Below, piece by piece: positions 51,851-60,132 of a DNA stretch of 64,000 nt (the stretch's first letter is position 1; the number at the start of each line of letters is the position of its first letter). The notes under the pieces are model-generated. The model worked only from the letters and a program-made list of their open reading frames with translations, did not search any database and was not told the DNA's origin. Source of the stretch: a virus; IMG/VR virus record IMGVR_UViG_3300034102_002101, positions 56,667 through 120,666 of that record. One strand, given 5' to 3'. The translations under genes were made by a program, and so were the position numbers.

Positions 51851-52504
51851 TTATTCGGTTTTTTTCTTCGTTATCATGAATGGACCCCATGTTGGATGTC
51901 GCATCTCATTGATAGTTGTGCTAATAGGAACTGGTGATGGTTCTTGTGGTATCTTAATTAACTTCAAACCTACCTCGTGCACCATTTTATCTGCTTTCAT
52001 GCGGTTTATGTTTATATCACACGTTACCATGTTTGAGAAAGTATTTTTTCCTCCGCGAGAAACAGGTATGATATGGTCAATATCCAACTCTTTATTGGAT
52101 AATTTTTTACCCGTGTATTGACAAACATTACCATCTCGCTTACGAATAGAATCTTTCGTTGGTCGTGGACGCTTAATAGGAACCTTGTTGTAATTTACCG
52201 CAATAAGGACGATTGGTGCGCGAATGGCCAACTTAGATGAATGTATTACTAGATCATATTCCCTAACGGGTAACAAAACCCACTTATCCCAACTAACAGG
52301 ATTCATGTAGGTTGGATGATCAAAGTCCCATTCACCATCTTCACCTCGTTCATATTCAATGTCCAAAGCAAGTGCATTTGGGTGACCAATGGAATATCCA
52401 CCACCAGTTAAATCAACAATCGCTTGCTTAACGGTGGAAAATCCAACAGGCATCCAGTTTGCATTTAATTTGAGAACTATAGATTTATTTGTAATATCCG
52501 ACAT
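51851..52504 (-). CDS. HNH endonuclease (McrA-like)
   Basis: VLKLNANW.P; RD...CQYTG, DHIIP.SRGG....NMVT....N..K. Confidence 0.85.
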   Translation of the reverse strand: MSDITNKSIVLKLNANWMPVGFSTVKQAIVDLTGGGYSIGHPNALALDIEYERGEDGEWDFDHPTYMNPVSWDKWVLLPVREYDLVIHSSKLAIRAPIVLIAVNYNKVPIKRPRPTKDSIRKRDGNVCQYTGKKLSNKELDIDHIIPVSRGGKNTFSNMVTCDININRMKADKMVHEVGLKLIKIPQEPSPVPISTTINEMRHPTWGPFMITKKKTE

Positions 52505-52556
52505 AATATCCAGACATTACACTAATAACTCACGTTGTCAATAACTTTTTTCGAAA

Positions 52557-53147
52557 TTAATTAGTTCGATACAAGACGAACATTTTATTGATGTTTGTCC
52601 ATCCGTGGTATTTCGATAATTCATCTGGTGATTTAATTGGTATTTTTCCTTTATTCCCTTTATCGAAAACTATCATCTTTCCGCCTTTTCCCCGCACGAA
52701 TTTTATAAATAACCATTTCCAAAATTCTAGACCAAATTTTGATAATGATATATCGGAAACTATTACTGGATATTTTGGTATAACATATTCAGAAAACCAA
52801 TTTTTCATGAATCCCTTTTCAGATTTCATCTTCCATATAAAACTATTCTGTATTGCTGGTCTGCCATCTATAGTAGTATCTATGAATGAATGTACTGCTA
52901 ATAGCACGGTTTCTTCTGGATTTAAAAAGTAAAAATATTTATACTTTCCATCTTGTGTGTCCGTATACATCACATAATGTTTTCCGCCCACTACTTTATC
53001 ACCAACTAATTTCGCTTTGCTTTTTACTTTAGCTACTTCTTCTTTATTTGCTTCTGGTTGATCCCACTCACCTACAACATCAGAATCATAAGAAATATCT
53101 GTCGGTGCTTCGTTTAACAGTTCTTTATAGAAATCTTTGTATTTCAT
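52557..53147 (-). CDS. Hypothetical protein
   Basis: Coupled ORF; VSD...S..G..FW suggests a GNAT-like fold (weak). Confidence 0.5.
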   Translation of the reverse strand: MKYKDFYKELLNEAPTDISYDSDVVGEWDQPEANKEEVAKVKSKAKLVGDKVVGGKHYVMYTDTQDGKYKYFYFLNPEETVLLAVHSFIDTTIDGRPAIQNSFIWKMKSEKGFMKNWFSEYVIPKYPVIVSDISLSKFGLEFWKWLFIKFVRGKGGKMIVFDKGNKGKIPIKSPDELSKYHGWTNINKMFVLYRTN

Positions 53148-53548
53148 AAGTCGTATATCCATCTACCGAAGTTAGCAGCATATTCCTTTAATAGAATACC
53201 AGCCATTATATTTGCTTCGTCCTCAATTGGTCCACCAATATTCTGAACAGGTACTCCCTCTTTTATCTTACCTTCCTGTTTTTGTTTTAGATGTACAAAT
53301 TCATGTGCCAATGTTCTGGCGCAATCTATTGGTGCTCTTTTTTCTATACGAGAGATAACGTCATTCGTTATTGGATCAAATCCACCAGTAGATATTCCTT
53401 GTATCTGACCTACTTTTGATAATATAATGACACAATCTAATGTTATTCCCAATCTCTTTATCGTCCACGCACAAAAGTGTACCAAAAATTTCTTAACTTC
53501 TGGTTCAAGAGTATTTCCCTTGTATATTTTTATAACTTTTGTTGGCAT
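53144..53548 (-). CDS. Small zinc metallopeptidase-like protein
   Basis: RTLAHEFVH.KQ ... IEDEAN..AG. Confidence 0.6.
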   Translation of the reverse strand: MPTKVIKIYKGNTLEPEVKKFLVHFCAWTIKRLGITLDCVIILSKVGQIQGISTGGFDPITNDVISRIEKRAPIDCARTLAHEFVHLKQKQEGKIKEGVPVQNIGGPIEDEANIMAGILLKEYAANFGRWIYDL

Positions 53549-53556
53549 AATAACAA

Positions 53557-53976
53557 TTATGTTACGTAAGCTACGACTTCCCAACGTGGAAACTTATTGC
53601 TTTCCATTTGTGGACGTTCCATATTTTCCCAATTAAATGAAATTTTACTGTTTATTACTTCTGGTCCTTCACTGAATGGATCTTCACCGGAGGTTTTCTT
53701 CCTGAATGTCAGTAATCTACCACCCTTTTCTCCCATAAGTATATCACCAGTAACCATATCTAACTCAAAACCAAATTCATTAAGAATTAAATTGATTGTA
53801 GTTAATGCTTTTTCTTTCTTATCTAACTTGATATTACCACCAAGTTCGCCCTTAGAATGGAACTTATTATTAATTTTCGTTCTTTCTTGTTGTGTAAGTT
53901 TATATCCTTCATTCTCTTTTAGAATTTCCTTGATACATTCCTTAATTATTTCTTTTAATTTTTTGTCATTTTTCAT
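53557..53976 (-). CDS. Hypothetical protein
   Basis: ATATTTATA motif upstream. Confidence 0.5.
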   Translation of the reverse strand: MKNDKKLKEIIKECIKEILKENEGYKLTQQERTKINNKFHSKGELGGNIKLDKKEKALTTINLILNEFGFELDMVTGDILMGEKGGRLLTFRKKTSGEDPFSEGPEVINSKISFNWENMERPQMESNKFPRWEVVAYVT

Positions 53977-54007
53977 ATTATTCATATAAATATCAATTAA
54001 TAAAATA

Positions 54008-54044
54008 AAAAACCCCATAATAAATTAATATTATGGGGTTTTGT
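54008..54044 (-). terminator. Intrinsic terminator closing the tmRNA transcript
   Basis: AAAACCCCATAATA...TATTATGGGGTTTT. Confidence 0.75.
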
Positions 54045-54108
54045 TTCTCTTTATGGTGGATATGTCGATATTTTTGTATTTTTTATCTCATCCACCATAT
54101 TTATTAAT

Positions 54109-54678
54109 ATGAAAACAATAAATGTAACATGTACACAATGTGGATTAATATTCGATAAATTATTAAAAGAATACAATAGATGTATAAAAAATGATATGAA
54201 GCATTTCTGTAGTCGTTCGTGTACGAGAACATTCACCAACCACAATATGCCTAGTGGATACTGGAACACATGCCCTACCAGTAAAAACGTAGAAGGCTAC
54301 ACTAGAGAAGATGAATTATCTCCATTCAGACAATTTCTTAGGTCTAATAAGTACAAAATCAAGAAAAAAGAAGTATCTATCGATGAGAAATATTTAAAAG
54401 AATTATGGAATTCACAGGATGGTATATGTCCATATACGAAACTAAAAATGGTGTTACCAAAAAATACAAACCGTATACATAACAGTAGAACATTAATTCG
54501 GGCTAGTCTAGACCGAATTGACTCATCTAAGGGTTACATTGACGGAAACGTAGAATTTGTTTGTTACGGTATTAATTTAGCAAAAAATAATTTTTCTAAA
54601 TCCGAAATGTTAAACTTTATAAATAGTATACGTTACGATGGGAATACTCTTGGCATTACTCAGCCGCAACCAACGTGA
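54109..54678 (+). mobile_element. HNH homing endonuclease (DRID.SKGY type), antisense to tmRNA
   Basis: CxxC/FCSRSC N-terminus; Q.GICPYT...ASLDRIDSSKGY..GNV..VC..IN..KN. Confidence 0.8.
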
Positions 54679-54699
54679 AGGTGGTATTCCTCTGCGACC
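54641..54699 (-). ncRNA. HDV-like (theta-type) self-cleaving ribozyme
   Basis: P1 GGUCGCA/UGCGGCU with G1.U wobble, P2 GGAAUAC/GUAUUCC, P3 ACC/GGU, L3 UUCACGUU, P1.1 UC/GA, J4/2 CCAA; begins at the first base after the tmRNA discriminator. Confidence 0.8.
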
Positions 54700-55079
54700 T
54701 GGACGTGCGGAGAGTTGCACTCCGGTGTTTAAAACTGATCAATAACAATATCTACAAGCTTTCTCTTTCTATATAAAATGAAATTGGAAAGAAACCATTT
54801 CAAGTTTTTTTAGCCGTGACTTGACCATTTACTGCTAATTCCTAATGGTGCATTGGTTGTAGTTACACCAATTGAATTACTACCAAAATCTTATTCAATC
54901 GATGGGGCAGTTATTAGGCTGCTACGAGGGCTGTTTCTTCGGTTAGGAGGAAGTCAGCCTTAACTAGATTATTCATCTTGTCATTTATGTTTTTTGGAAT
55001 GTTTATTTAAAAGAGACAACCCCATCTCTTTGCTGTCATTGTTACCTATCCATTCTAAGTCGAATCTAAAAACACGCCC
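54700..55079 (-). ncRNA. ssrA: tmRNA
   Basis: 5' GGGCGUG...AGAUUCGAC; 3' T-arm CGGAG-UGCAACU-CUCCG and CACGUCC-A with G3.U70; tag (A)DKMNNLVKADFLLTEETALVAA** after AUAAAU; no encoded CCA. Confidence 0.92.
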
Positions 55080-55092
55080 AAATTATATTAAA

Positions 55093-55299
55093 TCAATACC
55101 AAAAATTAGCGATCCAGTCAACGAACAAGTTCTCATTGTTAATATCCCAACGTTCGAGCGGGAAATCTATTCTTTTCTATTCGAATGTTTTAAAACTCAT
55201 ATAGAGACATCTACTTTAGTGAAAAGACCGAACCGTTTATTTATTATAATACGGTTATGTAATATTTAACGTTTTTAAATCGCTAATTTTTGGTATTGA
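55093..55299 (-). ncRNA. Putative structured RNA closed by a perfect 21-bp inverted repeat
   Basis: 55093-55113 is the reverse complement of 55279-55299; lies between a promoter and the tmRNA. Confidence 0.5.
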
Positions 55300-55322
55300 A
55301 AATTGTTAAAGAACTAAGGATA

Positions 55323-55350
55323 AATATACACGACTTACCGATTAAGTCAA
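55323..55350 (-). promoter_or_regulatory. sigma70-like promoter for ncRNA/tmRNA
   Basis: TTGACT-N16-TATATT (TG-extended). Confidence 0.55.
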
Positions 55351-55357
55351 CATAATT

Positions 55358-55633
55358 TTAATCGATATCTGTCCAATGTTTCTTTGGTTCCTGTGTTGGT
55401 TGGTTTGGTAATTTTTTGATTGCGTATCCTTTGATGCGTTTGGCATCAAGTATTTTTAAACCAATGGATTCACTTCCCTTTAAATTTTGTATTATTACAT
55501 TACTCAACGCTTGTGCCTCCGATGACGCAATTGTTACTCCATCTATTCTTCTACCATTAAGATACACGTTTTTTACCTCATACTTATCTTTTCCTTCCGA
55601 TAGCAATTCTTTTAATATTTTCGTCAATTTCAT
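55358..55633 (-). CDS. Hypothetical protein
   Basis: ATATTTATA 3 nt upstream of ATG. Confidence 0.55.
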   Translation of the reverse strand: MKLTKILKELLSEGKDKYEVKNVYLNGRRIDGVTIASSEAQALSNVIIQNLKGSESIGLKILDAKRIKGYAIKKLPNQPTQEPKKHWTDID

Positions 55634-55717
55634 ACGTATAAATATAAACGAACACAAAAAATCCATAACCGATTAAAGTTATGGATTGTTATTCTAATTT
55701 GGCGGAAGACGGAGAAT

Positions 55718-56490
55718 TTATTTATTATCATACATATCAATAAAATTAACTCCATACTTTTTTTTCGCGTATTGGATAAATGGAAAAATTTCGTTCTTTC
55801 CTATAATTGTTAATTTTTTGTTGAATTGTGATTTTTTGGCTATCCACTGTGGAGAATCATATCCTTTTATTTCTAAGTATTCATTTTCTGCGATTTTAAA
55901 ATCTGGGAATACTTTTGTTTTTTATTATTAAAATAATAATCAAAACCATGTGTGTTTCTCTCAAACCATATATTATTGTCGATTGCATGTATTACCCAAG
56001 CTAGTTCCCAAGAACTATCGCACCAATAACCTTTATACCAACCAGATTTTCCTCTTCCACCTTTAGATCTATATCCACCACATTTAGAACAGTCCTTCCC
56101 AGCGTCTGCGCACTTTTTACAACAAAATTTTACTTTTTTTCGAGCGGTTAGAAAATTCTTTTTACATACCTCACAAATTTTATTAACTTTATTTCTTTTT
56201 TTTACAATCAAGCGTTTTGTAACTTCTCTTGTTTTATTTAATTCTTGTGCGCATTCCACACAACAACATTTTTTTATAAATTTTACTTTCTTTGTTGTGA
56301 AAGGGTTATTGCAATTTTTACAATTTATTTCAACTAAATCAGCACGTTTACTTTTTCCATTATGTGTCATTGCACACGAATAACAACAAAAAAATTCCGT
56401 CTTTCCGCGTTTTATTAATCTATTGTATTCTCCTATATATCTATCAAATGGCAAATCACAATTCGAGCAAATTAATGATATGGTCTTCAT
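55718..56490 (-). pseudogene. Zn-finger + PD-(D/E)XK (TnsA-like) free-standing endonuclease, frameshifted near 55908 (possibly a sequencing error)
   Basis: GWYKGYWCDSSWELAW; after a one-base shift continues Y.PDFKI...LEIKGY. Confidence 0.7.
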
Positions 56491-56543
56491 AAGTTATAAA
56501 TATACCCCAACAAGTCTTTCTTCCATAATTTTATTTTATTTAC

Positions 56544-56631
56544 TGGAGGAAAGTAATCGGATCGAACGATTGCCGTTTTAGCGACACTATAATTTTCGAA
56601 ATTATTTGAGGAACCAACCTCAGTACCTTCC
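56544..56631 (-). tRNA. tRNA-Ser(CGA)
   Basis: Cloverleaf, loop UUCGAAA, long variable arm, CCA. Confidence 0.8.
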
Positions 56632-56636
56632 GTAAG

Positions 56637-56726
56637 TGGGGTGAGCAACGAGATTTGCACTCGCACGGAATTTTACTTCCAGCAGCTTCACAGGCTACCA
56701 TGTCTTCTGATTTCATCATACTCACC
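56637..56726 (-). tRNA. tRNA-His(GUG), long variable arm
   Basis: G-1:C73 8-bp acceptor, loop CUGUGAA, CCA. Confidence 0.8.
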
Positions 56727-56734
56727 ATAAATAA

Positions 56735-56836
56735 ATCGTGTGGTTGGATTCGAACCAACGGCCCATGTATTATCCCTCTTTTTCGGTGTCATTTACCATC
56801 ATAGGGTACATTTATCTACCGCTGAATTACACACAA
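56735..56836 (-). ncRNA. tRNA-like RNA with expanded anticodon arm
   Basis: Acceptor UUGUGUG/CACACGA, D-loop AGCGGUA, T-arm GUUGG-UUCGAAU-CCAAC; ~50-nt arm in place of the anticodon arm; no CCA. Confidence 0.6.
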
Positions 56837-56839
56837 TTC

Positions 56840-56915
56840 TGGAGCTAGTAGTGGAATTTGCGTCCACATTTTCACATTACCGATGTGACACATCTGCTAT
56901 TTATGTTTTACCAGC
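56840..56915 (-). tRNA. tRNA-Thr(GGU)
   Basis: Cloverleaf, loop UCGGUAA, CCA. Confidence 0.75.
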
Positions 56916-56919
56916 GAAA

Positions 56920-57390
56920 TTAACTTGTTAATAAATTTATGGCATCGATTATATTTTTATCGGATATTCCTTTTTCCATCGTGGTCAATACCAATCTACT
57001 TTTTAATGATACGAAAATATCAACATCATCTAAAATTATAAAGTTATCAATTGGTTTATTTCTAACCAACCAATCAAGTATTTCATCTTCCCTTGTCTTT
57101 TTATACATTTCCGAAAAATCATTGGTATTCCAATCTGTATGTAAGTGATCTAGTAAAAAATTCTCTTTCAATCTATTATATAGATTATGGATATACCCTT
57201 CACCTATGCACATTTCGGAAAATACTCGGTGACTAGATGATATAACAATTTTAGAATTTGTTCTTTTAATTATACCCAACAAAGCACATACGGAATTCGT
57301 GTCAAATTCATAACACAAACCATTTGATGTTTTCTGTGGTTTATTAGTTACCAATACCCCATCGATGTCTAAAAATATAATTTTGTTCAT
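56920..57390 (-). CDS. HAD-family phosphatase (Swiss-army-knife RNA-repair-like HAD domain)
   Basis: IFLDIDGVL, IVISSS.R, R..EI..WL, ILDD. Confidence 0.75.
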   Translation of the reverse strand: MNKIIFLDIDGVLVTNKPQKTSNGLCYEFDTNSVCALLGIIKRTNSKIVISSSHRVFSEMCIGEGYIHNLYNRLKENFLLDHLHTDWNTNDFSEMYKKTREDEILDWLVRNKPIDNFIILDDVDIFVSLKSRLVLTTMEKGISDKNIIDAINLLTS

Positions 57391-57396
57391 AAATTG

Positions 57397-57472
57397 TGGA
57401 GGACTATCGAGGATTGAACTCGTGTAAGTTGATCCCGAAGGCATCAACAGACATTTCCATATAATATAGCCC
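57397..57472 (-). ncRNA. tRNA-like RNA without D-stem or anticodon (tmRNA TLD-like)
   Basis: Acceptor GGGCUAU/AUAGUCC with G3.U70, stem GUUGAU/AUCAAC capped by cUUCGg, T-loop UUCAAUC, CCA. Confidence 0.6.
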
Positions 57473-57563
57473 ATAAATTGTCACCCCAATTTGAAAAAGG
57501 AGTGAGAAAACTTTTCATGTTTTTTATAGAGTCTCAAGGAAAAGTATAAATAACACTGACTCT

Positions 57564-57637
57564 TGGCTGGGGCTGATGGTATTGCGCCATCTTGTGAAGG
57601 TTCAGAATCTCCCATAATACTTTTATATGAAACCCCA
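57564..57637 (-). tRNA. tRNA-Gln(CUG)
   Basis: Cloverleaf, loop UUCUGAA, GCCA end. Confidence 0.75.
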
Positions 57638-57691
57638 AGAATTACCGCGATAACGACAGTATCAACAACATGAACCATTGGTTCATATGAG

Positions 57692-57765
57692 TGGTAGCCC
57701 AACGGAGAATTAAACTCCGACATTCATCTTGAGAGGATGAAAACCTATCCTTAGTTTATTGGGCC
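57692..57765 (-). tRNA. tRNA-Glu(CUC)
   Basis: Cloverleaf, loop CUCUCAA, CCA. Confidence 0.8.
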
Positions 57766-57774
57766 ACAAAATAT

Positions 57775-58224
57775 TCAATTACCGAATATTGAAAAATTCT
57801 TTACTTCAATCTTTTCTCCAACCTTTACTTGAAGTGATCGGATCATTTCATTAACTTTAACGAATCCGTCTCTCACGAATGGTTGATCAACTAACTCTTC
57901 TACTGTTTTTGGTTCCATTGCTACAATATGCAAAACCAAATCATTTCCAAGTTTAGAAAATTCTTCCGTGTTTGATACAAAATCTGTTTCAGAAAAAAGA
58001 TGAACCATTGCACCTTTCTTTCCACCAGTATGTATATAAGAAAAAACTCTACCAGAACCAGATTGTCGATTCTGCATTCTTTCTATTTTTCTACCTACCA
58101 AGTCAGTTGATGCCAATATAGCTTTATCTATATCGCCACCATTTTCTTTTAATAGCTTTGAACATTGGGCAATACCAAGTCCAGTGGATTTTCTCAATTC
58201 AGTTACTAATTTTGTTATATTCAT
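57775..58224 (-). CDS. tsf: Translation elongation factor Ts (short form)
   Basis: LVTELRKSTGLGI..C...L.E..GDIDKA; YIH.G.K.G.MV...SETDFV; GEKIEV..F. Confidence 0.88.
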   Translation of the reverse strand: MNITKLVTELRKSTGLGIAQCSKLLKENGGDIDKAILASTDLVGRKIERMQNRQSGSGRVFSYIHTGGKKGAMVHLFSETDFVSNTEEFSKLGNDLVLHIVAMEPKTVEELVDQPFVRDGFVKVNEMIRSLQVKVGEKIEVKNFSIFGN

Positions 58225-58268
58225 TTTGTATCATAGATATCATCTCAGTCATTAGAGAAGCATCTAAG

Positions 58269-58358
58269 TGGTGGGTGAGGTTGGAGTTGCACCAACGAAG
58301 CCCGAGGGCTAATGTTTTACAGACACTTGGGACTAGCTGACAGTCCACACTCACACCC
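58269..58358 (-). tRNA. tRNA-Tyr(GUA), atypical acceptor and D arms
   Basis: Loop CUGUAAA, variable arm AGCCC/GGGCU, CCA. Confidence 0.75.
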
Positions 58359-58362
58359 GAAA

Positions 58363-58545
58363 TTATTTTTTATCCAATTCAGAAAGAACAGATTTTAAAG
58401 TTCTTCCATTTCTTTCGCAATAGCATTTATATCCATCTTCGTTTTGTTTTAATGTCCATTCTTCTATACACCCAGAACACCAAAATATTTCCTTGATTTC
58501 TTTCTTAGTAAAGAAAGATAAAATTAGATTGAACAATTTTTTCAT
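58363..58545 (-). CDS. Small hypothetical protein
   Basis: CxxC/CxC; fills the gap between tRNAs. Confidence 0.4.
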   Translation of the reverse strand: MKKLFNLILSFFTKKEIKEIFWCSGCIEEWTLKQNEDGYKCYCERNGRTLKSVLSELDKK

Positions 58546-58621
58546 AAATTAAATGTGACCACGACAATAGATTAAATCTATCAACTGTCAACTGTGTAAT
58601 CGTCCTCCCGTATTACACCGC

Positions 58622-58696
58622 TGGTGGGAATACCAAGAATCAAACTTGGACTAAAACCTTCGCAAAGTTTTGTGCGATTCATTACACTATACTCCC
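58622..58696 (-). tRNA. tRNA-Arg(GCG)
   Basis: Cloverleaf, loop UUGCGAA, CCA. Confidence 0.75.
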
Positions 58697-58794
58697 ATAA
58701 TTTTACTTGGTCCGATTCACACGGAACATTTCCTGTTTGTTGGAAATTTAAGAGCAGAATAGATATAACTCTAGTCTCGTTTCGCTCTAAGCAG

Positions 58795-58894
58795 TGGTGG
58801 TCTAGTTAGATTTGAACCTATTTCATTACTATGTACATCTGGTAGTACAATTTCCGACTCATAGTAACTACACGGAACTTATTTCCGTTAGACC
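58795..58894 (-). ncRNA. tRNA-like RNA with expanded anticodon arm
   Basis: Acceptor GGUCUA/UAGACC + ACCA, D-like CGGAA/UUCCG, 9-bp GUUACUAUG/CAUAGUAAU enclosing ~26 nt, T-loop UUCAAAU. Confidence 0.6.
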
Positions 58895-58898
58895 GTAA

Positions 58899-58973
58899 TG
58901 GTGCTCCATGACGGTTACGCTCCGTCCTCTGAAAATTGGCAATTTCCCATATTAACTAATATACGAATGAAGC
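58899..58973 (-). tRNA. tRNA-Gly(GCC)
   Basis: Cloverleaf, loop UUGCCAA, CCA. Confidence 0.8.
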
Positions 58974-59054
58974 ATAAATATAAACCATAAATCATCTTTC
59001 GATGCTTCTTCACATATAGGAATTAACCACCAATGAAGATGTATTTATATTTAA

Positions 59055-59140
59055 TGGCAGGGAGGGTGAGACTTGAACTCACAGGAATCTTTCGATATGC
59101 AGTTTTGGAGACTGCTGCAATGCCATTATGCGACCACCCT
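59055..59140 (-). tRNA. tRNA-Trp(CCA), long variable arm
   Basis: Loop CUCCAAA; variable AUC-GAAA-GAU; GCCA end. Confidence 0.8.
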
Positions 59141-59235
59141 ATAAACTTGTAATAATTTTAAGACAGGGTGTTTAATCAACCTCGACCTCGGTGTTGAATA
59201 TTACGCCACCCAAGAGATCTCAATTTAATGAGAAT

Positions 59236-59319
59236 TGGAGCAAGTGGTGGGAATCGAACCCACTGCATAGTTTCCCATAAAGGCTTATGAAACCTCTTTT
59301 CACCCGGAGAATCACTTGC
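59236..59319 (-). tRNA. tRNA-Met/Ile2(CAU), long variable arm
   Basis: Loop UUCAUAA; variable AUGG-GAAA-CUAU; canonical T-arm; CCA. Confidence 0.7.
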
Positions 59320-59324
59320 GTAAA

Positions 59325-59597
59325 TTAACTTAAAATGGACTTACACCATTTACTTTTTAGTTCGATTGATAGTGTACTAACTAAAATACTTTCTATCTTA
59401 TCGACGATATCTGATATTATTGAATCAATCACTACATTTGTTGTGTATTTATCATATGGACTTTCTAAACACATACATTCATATTCTTTACCAATCCTTA
59501 ACAATCTTTCTTGGAAGATACTATCTTCAAATTTAGGTGTTTTAAATTTGGTATCGAACCTTATTTCGTAGATACTTAATTTTTCTCTTATTGTCAT
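59325..59597 (-). CDS. Hypothetical protein
   Basis: Preceded by a TTGACA promoter near 59626-59631. Confidence 0.45.
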   Translation of the reverse strand: MTIREKLSIYEIRFDTKFKTPKFEDSIFQERLLRIGKEYECMCLESPYDKYTTNVVIDSIISDIVDKIESILVSTLSIELKSKWCKSILS

Positions 59598-59726
59598 AAA
59601 TACACATTACTATATAATTTAATATTGTCAATCAAAAATGTACCTAGTAAAACTCGTCAGTTTTGTTCACATGTTATTTCATGATCTTCTGGTTCGGTGA
59701 TATTTTCATATCGCCCGTTACGGTAA

Positions 59727-59802
59727 TGGTCGAGATACTTGGAATCAAACCAAGATTCCAGATTTAGGAAATCCGTGTATTGTTCATTTATACGATACCT
59801 CG
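59727..59802 (-). tRNA. tRNA-Arg(CCU)
   Basis: Cloverleaf, loop UUCCUAA, CCA. Confidence 0.8.
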
Positions 59803-59879
59803 ATTATAAATATTATTTCGATCCCAAGTTTAACCACCTGTGGAAGCATTTCATCAACCTTTGTCGAATCGAATATAAA

Positions 59880-59955
59880 TGGTAGGAAACCACGGATTCG
59901 AACCGTGAACCTTTTCGATGTAAACGAATTGCGCTAACCGTTGCGCCAGTCTCCC
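59880..59955 (-). tRNA. tRNA-Val(UAC)
   Basis: Canonical cloverleaf, CCA. Confidence 0.85.
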
Positions 59956-59968
59956 ATATTACAAACTG

Positions 59969-60040
59969 AGCTAGATGTGGGATTTGCACCCACTTTTCAA
60001 GTTTACGAAACTCGCACATATCTTCATATGTTTATCCAGC
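59969..60040 (-). tRNA. tRNA-Thr(CGU)
   Basis: Cloverleaf, loop UUCGUAA; CCA not fully encoded. Confidence 0.8.
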
Positions 60041-60042
60041 AA

Positions 60043-60132
60043 TGGTGCCTCCGGTTGGACTCGAACCAACATTTGTGTCCTTGTGTGCCAAACATTTTAA
60101 GTGTTCCGAATAAACCATTCTTCTACGGAGGC
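60043..60132 (-). tRNA. tRNA-Leu(UAA)
   Basis: Loop CUUAAAA, long variable region, CCA. Confidence 0.8.

Noticed and set aside
55093-55299. Retron msr/msd with a1/a2 arms
   Set aside because: No reverse transcriptase gene in the window.
41074-56490. Programmed frameshifting in the sirtuin, HNH (41788-42368) and PD-(D/E)XK (55718-56490) genes
   Set aside because: Each is repaired by a single base in a short homopolymer (TTTT, AA, TT) and has no slippery heptamer or stimulator. Sequencing error or recent inactivation is more likely; the reads should be checked.
59640-59726. Hammerhead ribozyme (CUGACGA and GAAA present)
   Set aside because: The core elements sit in hairpin loops and do not form the required three-way junction.
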